A stretch of 64,000 nucleotides of DNA, taken from an uncultured Solirubrobacteraceae bacterium (GTDB lineage: Bacteria; Actinomycetota; Thermoleophilia; Solirubrobacterales; Solirubrobacteraceae). The number at the start of each line of letters is the position of its first letter. The first letter of the stretch is position 1. Under the pieces are notes generated by a model. That model made no database searches. It was given only the letters and a program-made list of their open reading frames with translations, and was not told the DNA's origin. The position numbers and the translations under genes are program-made. Location: NCBI GenBank assembly GCA_963725515.1, contig CAVRZB010000008.1, forward strand, positions 137,791 through 201,790, written 5' to 3'. Positions 50,140-59,418 of this stretch are shown one piece after another.

Positions 50140-50997
50140 GAGCCCGTTGAGAGCAGGGTGATACCGGCCGCGAGCCCGATCGCGAGCGTCCCGATCACGG
50201 CCGCGCCAATGATGAACGCCGTATGGTCGCGGGCGTACGACGAGGACCTCGTGCGGGCGGGCGAGGGCGACCAGCCCGACCACGACCACGCCGCAGGTGA
50301 CGATCGCCACCGACGGCCACAACACGGATGCCAGCGACGGCGAGGCGATGGCTTCGCTGTCGCTCTCCTCGGCGCGCGGCCACCGGCGATCGTAGGCGAA
50401 CACGGCCGCCGCCCCCAGGAGCGTCCAGACCACCGCGAGGAGGAAGCCGCCGAGCACATCGCTCGGGTAGTGCCAGCCGAGCTCCAGGAACGAGTAGCTG
50501 ACCGCGATGGCGAAGGCGGCGCCGACGGCGGCCACCCGAGGGCGGTAGCGCGCCGGGGCCGCGAGCACCGCGCACAGGGCCAGCGCCATGGCCGCGGTGG
50601 CGTGGCCGCTGGGCCAGGACGCCGAGGAGACATGCGCGTTACCGGCGACCTGGGTGGTCAGGCGGGGCTCCGCGAGCAGGGGCTTGAGCAGTTGGGTGGT
50701 CAGATTGGCGCCGAGCAGGATGCCGAAGATCGCCACCGCCCGCTCGATGCGCCCGCGACACACGGCGACAATCACCGGTATCGCGGCCAGCACGACATAC
50801 GGCTTCGGGTTGCACAGCCCCGCGATCTGGTTGGTGATCGAGTCGATGCGCGGCCGGCTGATGCCGGAGAAGCCGCCGAGGATCTGGCCGTCGGCGCGCT
50901 CCAGGAAGCCGATATGGAACGCTGCGTACCAGGTCAGGAACAGCAGCAGGAGACCGGCAAGCGCACCGAGGAGTGCGGACGGGGCACGTCTGGGCAT
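50100..50997 (-). pseudogene. PAP2 family phosphatase with an apparent +1 frameshift near 50241
   Basis: LLKPLL..PR, SWPSGHATAA, LGWHYPSDVLGG. The final TM (YARDHTAFIIGAAVIGTLAIGL) is in another frame. Confidence 0.65.
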
Positions 50998-51051
50998 GAC
51001 CTCAGGGTAGCCAGCGCGTGTGCCCGGTCGCGCGCCTGCGGCGCGCAGCTC

Positions 51052-51633
51052 TCAGTGCGCCTGTTCGCGAACCCGGTCGGTGCGCTCGGCGCGTGTCACC
51101 CGAAACTCCGGCGCCGCGCCCGTGCGGTGCAGATGGGCGAAATGCTCGATGTCCTCGGGTGAGGCGACCTCGACGCTCACTCCGGGCTCGATCTCGAAGC
51201 CCGCCGATTCGTAGAGCAGCTCCTGGTAGCGGGGGGTGCCGTTGGCCCCTCGCGCGCCCGTGCGCTCGACGTCGATGTCGTGCCGGCCGCAGCGCAGCGT
51301 CCAACGCGTGCCGCGGGCGAGCTTCTCGGCCGTCAGCTTGAGAGCCGTCGTGTCACGCTCGCCGTCAAGTCGCATCCGGGCGTGCTCGGCCACGAGCGCG
51401 CGGGCCAGCCGATCGTAGTTGCGCCCATACGGAGCGGGCACGATCGCCACCGGACCAGATGTGTCCGTGCGCCCGCGGATCGCCTCAGCGGCGGCGCCGA
51501 TGAGCACGTGCTCGACCTTGTTGGCGTGAAGCCAGCGGAGCACCGCGACCCATTCGTCGCTCAGATGCTCGAGGCCCTTGGTGGGATTGCTGGGGCGGGA
51601 GTCGATCCCGGGAGAGCGGCGTTTGAGGAGCAT
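51052..51633 (-). CDS. Uncharacterised nucleotidyltransferase-like protein (degenerate)
   Basis: VEHVLIGAAA...RG, NYDRLARAL, DIDV, YQELL..S, VASPEDI. Start uncertain. Confidence 0.55.
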   Translation of the reverse strand: MLLKRRSPGIDSRPSNPTKGLEHLSDEWVAVLRWLHANKVEHVLIGAAAEAIRGRTDTSGPVAIVPAPYGRNYDRLARALVAEHARMRLDGERDTTALKLTAEKLARGTRWTLRCGRHDIDVERTGARGANGTPRYQELLYESAGFEIEPGVSVEVASPEDIEHFAHLHRTGAAPEFRVTRAERTDRVREQAH

Positions 51634-51702
51634 GCACAGCGTTTCGCCCCGGGCACGCGTTGTCCTTCCCGGTCGCACCCCGGGGACGAAGCCGGCCGGG
51701 TC

Positions 51703-53454
51703 TCAGGCGGGCAGGCTGTCCATGCGAGCCAGGTGGCGCAGCACTCCGGGGGCGAAGCACGCCAGCGCGTGGGCCAGCTTGGCCTCCGGCGTGACCACGG
51801 CGACGGCAGCATCGGTGGCGATCGCACGCATGATGTCGCGGGCCACCTGCTCGGGGGTGAAGTTCCGCCGCTCGTACATGCTGGTCACGCGTTGCTGCAG
51901 GCGGGCCTGATCGGCCTCCGGACGACCCACGAAGCGCGTCGAGCGTGTGATGTTCGTCGCCACCACCCCGGGGCACACCGCCGTGACGCCGATGCCGAAT
52001 GGGGCCAGCTCGGCGCGCATCGATTCCGAGAGCATCAGCACGGCGGCCTTGGACGCTCCGTACGCGGCCAGGTCCTTGACCGGCTGGAAGGCCGCCGCGG
52101 AGGCGGTGTTGACGATCTGGCCTCCCTCTCCGCGCTCGACCATGGCTCGGGCGAACAGGCGCGCGCCATGGACCACTCCCATCAGGTTGATGTCAAGCAC
52201 GCGGCGCCAGTCCTCCAGACCGGTGTCGAGGAATGAGCCGGCCACGCCGATGCCGGCGTTGTTGACCACCACGTCGGGCACGCCATGGGCCTCGATCACG
52301 GCCGCGGCCATGCGCTCCATCGCGCGGGCATCGCTGACGTCGCAGACCTCGGTGTGGGCGTCGCCCGGGACCATCTCGGCCGTGCGCGAGGCGGCGTCTA
52401 CGTCCCGGTCGACGATGATGACCCGGGCCCCCGCCGCGGCCAGGGCGCAGGCCGTCGCCCGGCCGATGCCGCTGCCCGCCCCGGTCACCAGCGCGAGTCG
52501 CCCCGCCAGCTGCTCGAGCCCTGCGCCCGGGATCCATGGCAGGGCATGGCGCGCCGTGGCGTGTGCGTCGTCGACGAACTCTGCGATCCAGCGGGCGATC
52601 AGCTCCGGGTGTCGCCGCGGTGCCCAGTGCGAGCCTCCGAGGACGCGGCGTCGCAGCCCGGGCGCATGGCGTTCGGCGACCTCGTAGTAGCTCGGCGAGA
52701 TGAAGTGGTCACCGCCCGGGACGATGAGCTGAACCGGCACGTGTGCGCGCGCGTCACGCCGTGGCCGGAGCATGCGCCGCGGAATGTTGCGGCGGTAGAG
52801 GTTCGATCCCCGCGCCCCGTCCCGCGCGACCGACGGCGCCGGGTGGGCAGCGCGCGGCGGCAGCCGCTCGCCGTTCTCGAGCAGCCAGCGCCACCGCCCG
52901 CGGGATAGCGGTCCCCGCCAGGCCAGCGTCGGCACCCCCGGCGTCAGCAGCCCGAGCACATACCAGGAACGCCGCACGCGGCCGAGAGCCTTGGCCAGGT
53001 TCCCCGGCGTCGGGCGCCGCATGAGGCCGCGCCCGCTCAGCGCGACCTGGTCGAGCGACGGGCCGGCGATCGCGGTGAATGACGCAAGCCGGCCGCTGAA
53101 GCGCTCGTCCGTGGCGAACTCCCAGCCCGCGATCGCACCCCAGTCGTGTCCCACGAGGTGCACCGGCGAGGCGGGCGAGGTGGCGGCGATCACCGCGGTC
53201 AGGTCGTCGCCCAGACATTTCAGGTCATAGGCGCGCGGTCCGCGGGGGGAGCTCGAGGCCCCGGCGCCGCGGACGTCATAGGCGACCACATGGAACCGGT
53301 CGCGCAGCAGCGGCAGGACGTCGACCCACATCTCCTTGGTGTCCGGATAACCGTGCACGAACACCAAGGTGGGACGGTTGGCATCGCCGGCCTCGACGAG
53401 CGCGAGCTGCACGCCGGCGCCGGTCACGGTCCGCTGAGAGACGGCCTCGTTCAC
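51703..53454 (-). CDS. Alpha/beta hydrolase-SDR fusion (EphD-like)
   Basis: FVHGYPD, VGHDWG, ALVTGAGSGIG, VVNNAGI, YGASK. Start GTG 53454; the ORF-track extension to 54441 is antisense to the next gene. Confidence 0.88.
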   Translation of the reverse strand: MNEAVSQRTVTGAGVQLALVEAGDANRPTLVFVHGYPDTKEMWVDVLPLLRDRFHVVAYDVRGAGASSSPRGPRAYDLKCLGDDLTAVIAATSPASPVHLVGHDWGAIAGWEFATDERFSGRLASFTAIAGPSLDQVALSGRGLMRRPTPGNLAKALGRVRRSWYVLGLLTPGVPTLAWRGPLSRGRWRWLLENGERLPPRAAHPAPSVARDGARGSNLYRRNIPRRMLRPRRDARAHVPVQLIVPGGDHFISPSYYEVAERHAPGLRRRVLGGSHWAPRRHPELIARWIAEFVDDAHATARHALPWIPGAGLEQLAGRLALVTGAGSGIGRATACALAAAGARVIIVDRDVDAASRTAEMVPGDAHTEVCDVSDARAMERMAAAVIEAHGVPDVVVNNAGIGVAGSFLDTGLEDWRRVLDINLMGVVHGARLFARAMVERGEGGQIVNTASAAAFQPVKDLAAYGASKAAVLMLSESMRAELAPFGIGVTAVCPGVVATNITRSTRFVGRPEADQARLQQRVTSMYERRNFTPEQVARDIMRAIATDAAVAVVTPEAKLAHALACFAPGVLRHLARMDSLPA

Positions 53455-53487
53455 CGCACGTGAATCTATCCGGATAGGCTCGCGGAC

Positions 53488-54393
53488 ATGAGCCTCACGC
53501 CACGCACCGCGGCTTGGGCCCGCTCCGGGGAGCGCGTGAGTGTGCTCGGTGGCCACGAGGTCTTCGTGACCACGCGCGAGGGAACGGCGCCGTGGCTCAT
53601 CCTGCTGCACGGTTTTCCCTCGAGCTCCTACGACTGGCGAGCACTGCTCGAGGAGCCCGCGCTCGATGGCCGCGGCGTGCTGGCCTTCGACTTCCTCGGC
53701 TTCGGCCTTTCCGACAAACCCGCCGGCCGGCCCTATTCGCTGATGCCCCAGGCCGACCTGGTCGAGGAGCTGGTCGCGCGCTACTGCGGTCCGGAGGTCT
53801 TCGTCGTCGCCCACGACATGGGCACCTCGGTGGCCAGCGAGCTCTTCGCGCGCGACGTCGAGGGTCGCGGGCGGATCGCGATCTCGCGCGCGCTGCTGTT
53901 CAACGGCAGCATGCTGCTGCATCTCGCCAACCCGACGATCGGCCAGCGTCTGCTGCGCAGCCCAGCCGGTCCGTTCCTGGCCCGCGTGAGCACGGAGCGG
54001 TTCTTTCGCCAGCAGCTCGGGTCCGTCTTCTCGCCCGGCCATCCGCTGAGCGCCGAGGAGGCCGCCGATCAGTGGTCGCTCGTCACCGAGCGGGGCGGCC
54101 ACCGGCGGGCGCACGAGCTGATCGCCTACATGGACGAGCGCATCAAGTACGCCGAGCGCTGGCACGGCGCGATCCGCGACTGGAACGGTGAGCTCTCGCT
54201 GATGTGGGGCCTGCTCGACCCGGTCGCGCGGGTGGAGGTGCTGCGCGGCCTGCAGGAGCTTCGCCCCGGGGTCTCGGTCACAGAGCTGCCCGACCTCGGT
54301 CACTACCCGCAGCTCGAGGACCCCGCCCGCGTGGCCCAGGTGGTGGCCTCGACCTTCCCGGCGGCCGGCGCGCGCGTACCCTCCACGCCATGA
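53488..54393 (+). CDS. Alpha/beta hydrolase (MEST-like)
   Basis: LLHGFPSSSYDW, DFLGFGLSDKP, VAHDMG, GHYPQLE. Confidence 0.88.
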   Translation: MSLTPRTAAWARSGERVSVLGGHEVFVTTREGTAPWLILLHGFPSSSYDWRALLEEPALDGRGVLAFDFLGFGLSDKPAGRPYSLMPQADLVEELVARYCGPEVFVVAHDMGTSVASELFARDVEGRGRIAISRALLFNGSMLLHLANPTIGQRLLRSPAGPFLARVSTERFFRQQLGSVFSPGHPLSAEEAADQWSLVTERGGHRRAHELIAYMDERIKYAERWHGAIRDWNGELSLMWGLLDPVARVEVLRGLQELRPGVSVTELPDLGHYPQLEDPARVAQVVASTFPAAGARVPSTP

Positions 54394-55819
54394 GCCCGCA
54401 AGCCTGGTCGGAGTTGCTGCGCGAGCAGCGCGACCGGCCATGGCTCGGACTGGCCGTAGCCGGCGTCGCGGTCGCGCTGGCCACCGCCCTCATCTACCCG
54501 CTCAAGCATGTGGCGCCCGTCGTCTCGCTGAGCGTCGTGTACCTGCCCGCCGTGCTGCTCGTCTCGGCTCTGTGGGGACTCATCGACGGGCTCGTGACCG
54601 CGCTGGCCAGCGCAGCAGCGTTCAATTTCTTTCACCTCCCGCCCGTCGGGCAGTTCACGATCGCCGACAGCCGCAACTGGGTCGCGCTGGGGGCCTTCGT
54701 CGCGGCGGCGGTGGTGGTCAGCGGCGTGGCCGAGCTGGCCCGCAGCGGCGCGGTGCAGGCCGACCGGCGGCGCGGTGAGGCCGACCTCACCGCCGCGCTG
54801 GCCCGCGAGCTGCTGTCCGGATCCGGGACGCGCGATGCGCTCGGGGCGACCGCGCGCCGCGTGGCCGAGGCCCTCGGCCTGGCCTCGGCGTCGATCGAGC
54901 TCGGGGCCGCCGCCGCGGACGAACGCCGGCGGGCCGTTCCGCTGCGAGACGCCGACGGCCGCCAGATCGCCACGCTGCTCGTGCCGCACGACCTTCGCGG
55001 CGATACCAGCGAGCGCCTGCGCACCCGGCTGGCGCCGGCGCTCGGGGCGCTCGTGGCGATCGCCCTGCGGCGCGACGCCCTGCAGGCCGAGGCCGTGGAG
55101 ACCGCGGCCCTGCGACGCAGCGACGATGTCAAGACCGCCCTGCTGCGGGCTGTCTCACACGATCTGCGCACCCCCCTGACGGCGATCGTGGCCGCAGGCC
55201 ACGCGCTCGGGACGCAGTCGCTCACCGCCACCGAGCGGGTGGAGCTCAGCGCCGGCGTGGTCGAGGAGGCCGAGCGCCTCTCGCGGCTCGTCGAGAAGCT
55301 GCTCGATCTCTCCGTGCTCCAGGCCGGCCGCGCGTCCCCGCATCGCGACTGGGTATCGATCGAGGATGTCGTGCTCGCGGCGCGCGAGGGCCTCAGCGAC
55401 CCCGCCGCCGACGTCCGCGTGTCGATCGATCCGGACCTTCCCCCGGTGCGGGCCGACGCCGCGCAGCTCGAGCGCGCGTTCGCCAACCTGCTCGAGAACG
55501 CCCGCAGCTACTCGGGCGGGCTGCCCGTGTCGGTCGTCGCGCACCGCAGCGGCCAACGCGTCGTCGTGCGGGTCGTCGATCAGGGCCCGGGAGTCAAGCC
55601 CGCCGAGCGCGCCCGGATCTTCGAGCCCTTCTATCGCGGTCCCCAGGAGGGCCGCGGGCCATGGACGGGCTCGGGTCTGGGTCTGGCCATCGTGCGCGGC
55701 TTCGTCGAGGCCAACGGCGGGACGATCGCCGTCGACTCGCTGCCGGGGCAGGGCACGAGCTTCGTCATCTCGCTACCAATCGAGGCTGTGCCGTCCGAGC
55801 CGTCCCCCGAGGTGCGCGC

Positions 55820-55823
<4 letters not shown>
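54390..55823 (+). CDS. kdpD: KdpD-type sensor kinase, membrane + kinase part only
   Basis: DUF4118-like 4 TMs (FNFFHLPP..FTI), VSHDLRTPL, NLLENA, VVDQGPG, FEPFYRG, GSGLGLAI. Confidence 0.82.
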
Positions 55824-56503
<680 letters not shown>

Positions 56504-56597
56504 CCCGCAGCCGAGCGAAACCGCCCGCTCCGGCGGCCGAGGCCTCGCTAGGATCCTCGGCGGTGAGCCGGGAAGCCTGGTCGGCACATCCTTCGAC

Positions 56598-57944
56598 GTG
56601 CGCGAGGCTGATTTGCTCAACCGACTACGCGAGGTAAGGCCGCTCTCGTCCTGGCGACGCGAGACGCTTCGCACCAACCTGTGGCTTGTACCGACCGTCG
56701 AGGTGCTGCTGGCCACAGCGCTGTTCGCCGCGACCTACGCGCTGGACCGTGCCGCCTACCGCGGCACGATCAGCTTTCCGAACTGGATCTACGGCGGCAC
56801 CGCCGACGGCAGCCGGCAGGTCCTCACGGGGCTCGCGGCCGCGGTGATCACGGTCATCGGGCTCGTGTTCTCGATCACGATCGTCACCCTGACGCTGGCC
56901 TCCACGCAGTTCGGCCCGCGCATGCTGCGCAACTTCATTCGCGACCGGGTGACCCAGCTGACGCTGGGTACGTTCGTCGCCACCTTCGCCTACGCCGTGC
57001 TGACCCTGATCTCCATCAGCCCGGGACCACATGGCGATTTCATACCGCACCTGTCGATCACGATCTCACTCGTGCTGGTCGCGGTGGACCTCGCGGTGCT
57101 GATCGTGTTCATCGATCACATCGCCAAGTCGATCCAGCTGCCGCAGGTGATCGCCAGCATCGCCGGCGACCTCTCGCGCGCCATCGACGACTCGAACTCG
57201 GCGCCCGACCCCGTCGAGCTGCGGGCCGGCCCATCGATCTCCGAGATGCTGGGACGCCTCGACGAGTCGGGCGACCTCGTGCGGGCCCGGGCCAGCGGAT
57301 ACCTGCAGTTCGTGCGGCTCGACACGCTGCTCGGGATCGCGTCCCGCACACACGCCGTGATTCGGCTTCTGCACCGCCCGGGGCACTTCGTCAGCGAAGG
57401 ACAGCCGCTGGCCATCGTCTGGCCTGCGCAGGCGGCGCCCAAGGTGGCCCAGGCGCTGGACCGCGCTCACGCCACCGGTCCGCACCGAACGCTCGCTCAG
57501 GACGTGTCGTTTGCCGTCGACCAACTCGTCGAGATCGCGATTCGCGCCCTGTCGCCGGCGGTCAACGACACCTTCACCGCGCTGACCTGCATCGACTGGC
57601 TGGGCGACGGGCTGGGCAAGGTCTTCGCCCAATGGGATCCGGTCACGGCACATCGCGACCGCCGCGGCAACCTGCTCGTGATCACGGTGGCGGTCAGCGA
57701 CCGGCGGCTGGTCGAACGGGCCTTCGAGAAGATCCGCCAGGCCTCGCACGGGATGCCGGCCGTGATGATCCGCCAGCTCGAAGCGCTGCGCATGGTTATG
57801 AGCTCCTGTACCAACGACGCCCAGCGCGACGTCCTGATGGAACAGGCCGCGATGATCCTGCACGCCAGCCAGGTCTCGGTTTCCGAGGATCGAGATCGCG
57901 CCGACATCCTGCGACGCTATGAGGCACTCGTGGCCGCGCGCTGA
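56598..57944 (+). CDS. DUF2254 family membrane protein
   Basis: LTLASTQFGPRMLRNF, SGYLQ, QDVSFAVDQLVEIAIRALSPAVNDTFTA. Confidence 0.85.
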   Translation: MREADLLNRLREVRPLSSWRRETLRTNLWLVPTVEVLLATALFAATYALDRAAYRGTISFPNWIYGGTADGSRQVLTGLAAAVITVIGLVFSITIVTLTLASTQFGPRMLRNFIRDRVTQLTLGTFVATFAYAVLTLISISPGPHGDFIPHLSITISLVLVAVDLAVLIVFIDHIAKSIQLPQVIASIAGDLSRAIDDSNSAPDPVELRAGPSISEMLGRLDESGDLVRARASGYLQFVRLDTLLGIASRTHAVIRLLHRPGHFVSEGQPLAIVWPAQAAPKVAQALDRAHATGPHRTLAQDVSFAVDQLVEIAIRALSPAVNDTFTALTCIDWLGDGLGKVFAQWDPVTAHRDRRGNLLVITVAVSDRRLVERAFEKIRQASHGMPAVMIRQLEALRMVMSSCTNDAQRDVLMEQAAMILHASQVSVSEDRDRADILRRYEALVAAR

Positions 57945-57968
57945 GGGTCTGGCTTCTCGGAGGCCGCC

Positions 57969-58033
57969 TTCACACGATCTTGACGGCGGACCGTCGAACC
58001 TTCACCGGCCCTTGACACCGGCGGACCTACGCT
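57969..58033 (+). promoter_or_regulatory. Promoter module 1: four direct-repeat half-sites plus -10
   Basis: TTCAC 57969, TTGAC 57980, TTCAC 58001, TTGAC 58012, TACGCT 58028. Confidence 0.7.
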
Positions 58034-58039
58034 CGGCTT

Positions 58040-58564
58040 GTGACGTGGCGCCTGCGTATGCGTGTTCGCCTCACCCGCGGAGTCCTCGACCGGCAGCTCG
58101 CCCGAGGCGTGAGCGCCGATCGTTCACCGGCATTGGCACTGCGGGCAGATCAGCTCAGAAGCCCCGAGGTTCGTAGGACGATCGCCCGGCTGCTCGGCAC
58201 GATCGTGCAAGCCGCCGAGGAACGGAACGCCGACCCGAGCTCGCCCCTGATCGTCAACCACCCGGCGGTGCGCGATGCCAGTGCGGAGATCCAGGCGCTG
58301 ATCGGCCGCCTGCGCAGCACCGCCACGCTCGATCCGTCCGGGATCGCGCTGGCGCGGCTGCTCGTCCGAGACTCGAGGAGCCCAATGTTCTCCGCCGCCT
58401 CGGACCGCCGGCTGCGCGACGCGCTGGCGGAGATCGCCGGGCAGCTTGCGCCAGTCCATCGCGCCGGCGCGCCATGGGATGCCTCCTCCCCGTCCTCTTC
58501 ACGGAATCTTGACGGCGGCGCCCGCTATCTGCACGTGGCCTTTACGGACCCGCGCCTACCGTGA
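58040..58564 (+). CDS. Uncharacterised protein, paralog A
   Basis: GTG 6 nt after the -10 (leaderless); aligns by eye with 58599-59120. Confidence 0.65.
   Translation: MTWRLRMRVRLTRGVLDRQLARGVSADRSPALALRADQLRSPEVRRTIARLLGTIVQAAEERNADPSSPLIVNHPAVRDASAEIQALIGRLRSTATLDPSGIALARLLVRDSRSPMFSAASDRRLRDALAEIAGQLAPVHRAGAPWDASSPSSSRNLDGGARYLHVAFTDPRLP
58498..58562 (+). promoter_or_regulatory. Promoter module 2
   Basis: TTCAC 58498, TTGAC 58509, TGCAC 58530, TTTAC 58541, TACCGT 58557. Confidence 0.7.
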
Positions 58565-58598
58565 GAACAGTCCGGAATGCCAGACAGGACCGGTCTCG

Positions 58599-59120
58599 AT
58601 GACGATCAAGCCCTTGACTGTTAAGACCCCGCGGCGCAGCTCGGATCGGACCGAGCTGAGCGTCCCGAAGCCGCGCCTGCGACTTCGCCTGCGCGTGGGG
58701 TTCTCCCGCTTCCGCCTCGACCGTGAGCTGGCCGCAGGTCAGCCCGCCGGCGCCTCGAAGGAGCTGGCCCTGCGGGCCAGGCAGCTGACCGAACTCCCGG
58801 CGCGGCGCAGGCTCGCGAGCTCATTGAGGCACACGGTCGCGGACGCACAGCGACCGAATCCACCCGGCTTCAGCTCGGCCGTGCCGATGCGGCGCGATGC
58901 CGTGCGGAGCTGCGGCGAGGCGATGCTCGGCCTGGCCGACCGCCTCGAGCAGGAGCCTCCGCTGAGCGCGAGCGCCGTGGCGCGCGTGCTCGTGCTCCTC
59001 AGCGACGGTACCGGTCCGCTGTACAACGCCGGTTGCCCGCGTTCGCTGGGCGACGCGGTCTGGGCGGTTGTGGACGCCGAGCAGGGGTCCCACGACGTCG
59101 CCGCTCGCGCCGCCGACTGA
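58599..59120 (+). CDS. Uncharacterised protein, paralog B
   Basis: LDRELAAG...LALRARQL...AVR...L.DG.GPLY, homologous to paralog A; AGGA SD. Confidence 0.65.
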   Translation: MTIKPLTVKTPRRSSDRTELSVPKPRLRLRLRVGFSRFRLDRELAAGQPAGASKELALRARQLTELPARRRLASSLRHTVADAQRPNPPGFSSAVPMRRDAVRSCGEAMLGLADRLEQEPPLSASAVARVLVLLSDGTGPLYNAGCPRSLGDAVWAVVDAEQGSHDVAARAAD

Positions 59121-59155
59121 CCGCCGTCGCCCTGCGCCTCGCCGAGATGCACCTC

Positions 59156-59220
59156 TTCACAACATCTTCATGCCGCGCGCCGCTTTCTGCACGCGGTCTT
59201 GACTGGACAGCGGCCAGGAT
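59156..59220 (+). promoter_or_regulatory. Promoter module 3 (kdp operon promoter)
   Basis: TTCAC 59156, TTCAT 59167, TGCAC 59188, TTGAC 59199, CAGGAT 59215. Confidence 0.7.
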
Positions 59221-59226
59221 GCCCTC

Positions 59227-59307
59227 ATGGACTTCGTAGCCGTACTACTCGCGCTGGTGACGTTCGCCGTGCTCATCGGCCTGATCTACGGGATCGATCG
59301 GATATGA
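59227..59307 (+). CDS. 26-aa hydrophobic peptide upstream of kdpF
   Basis: Own translation MDFVAVLLALVTFAVLIGLIYGIDRI. ATG 6 nt after the -10; ATGA-coupled to kdpF. Confidence 0.65.
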   Translation: MDFVAVLLALVTFAVLIGLIYGIDRI

Positions 59308-59414
59308 GCCTGGTGCTCGCCAGCATGAGCGGCGCCGACGTCTTCGGACTCGTGGCCTCCGTGATCGTGTGCATCTACTTGCTGTACGCGCTGTTGCGCG
59401 GGGAGAAGTTCTAG
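59304..59414 (+). CDS. kdpF: K+-transporting ATPase subunit F
   Basis: ...IYLLYALLRGEKF C-terminus. An internal ATG at 59325 would give 29 aa. Confidence 0.85.
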   Translation: MSLVLASMSGADVFGLVASVIVCIYLLYALLRGEKF

Positions 59415-59418
59415 CGCC

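Noticed and set aside
53455-54441. N-terminal extension making the SDR fusion 912 aa
   Set aside because: Antisense to the 53488-54393 hydrolase; a -10 element supports the start at 53454
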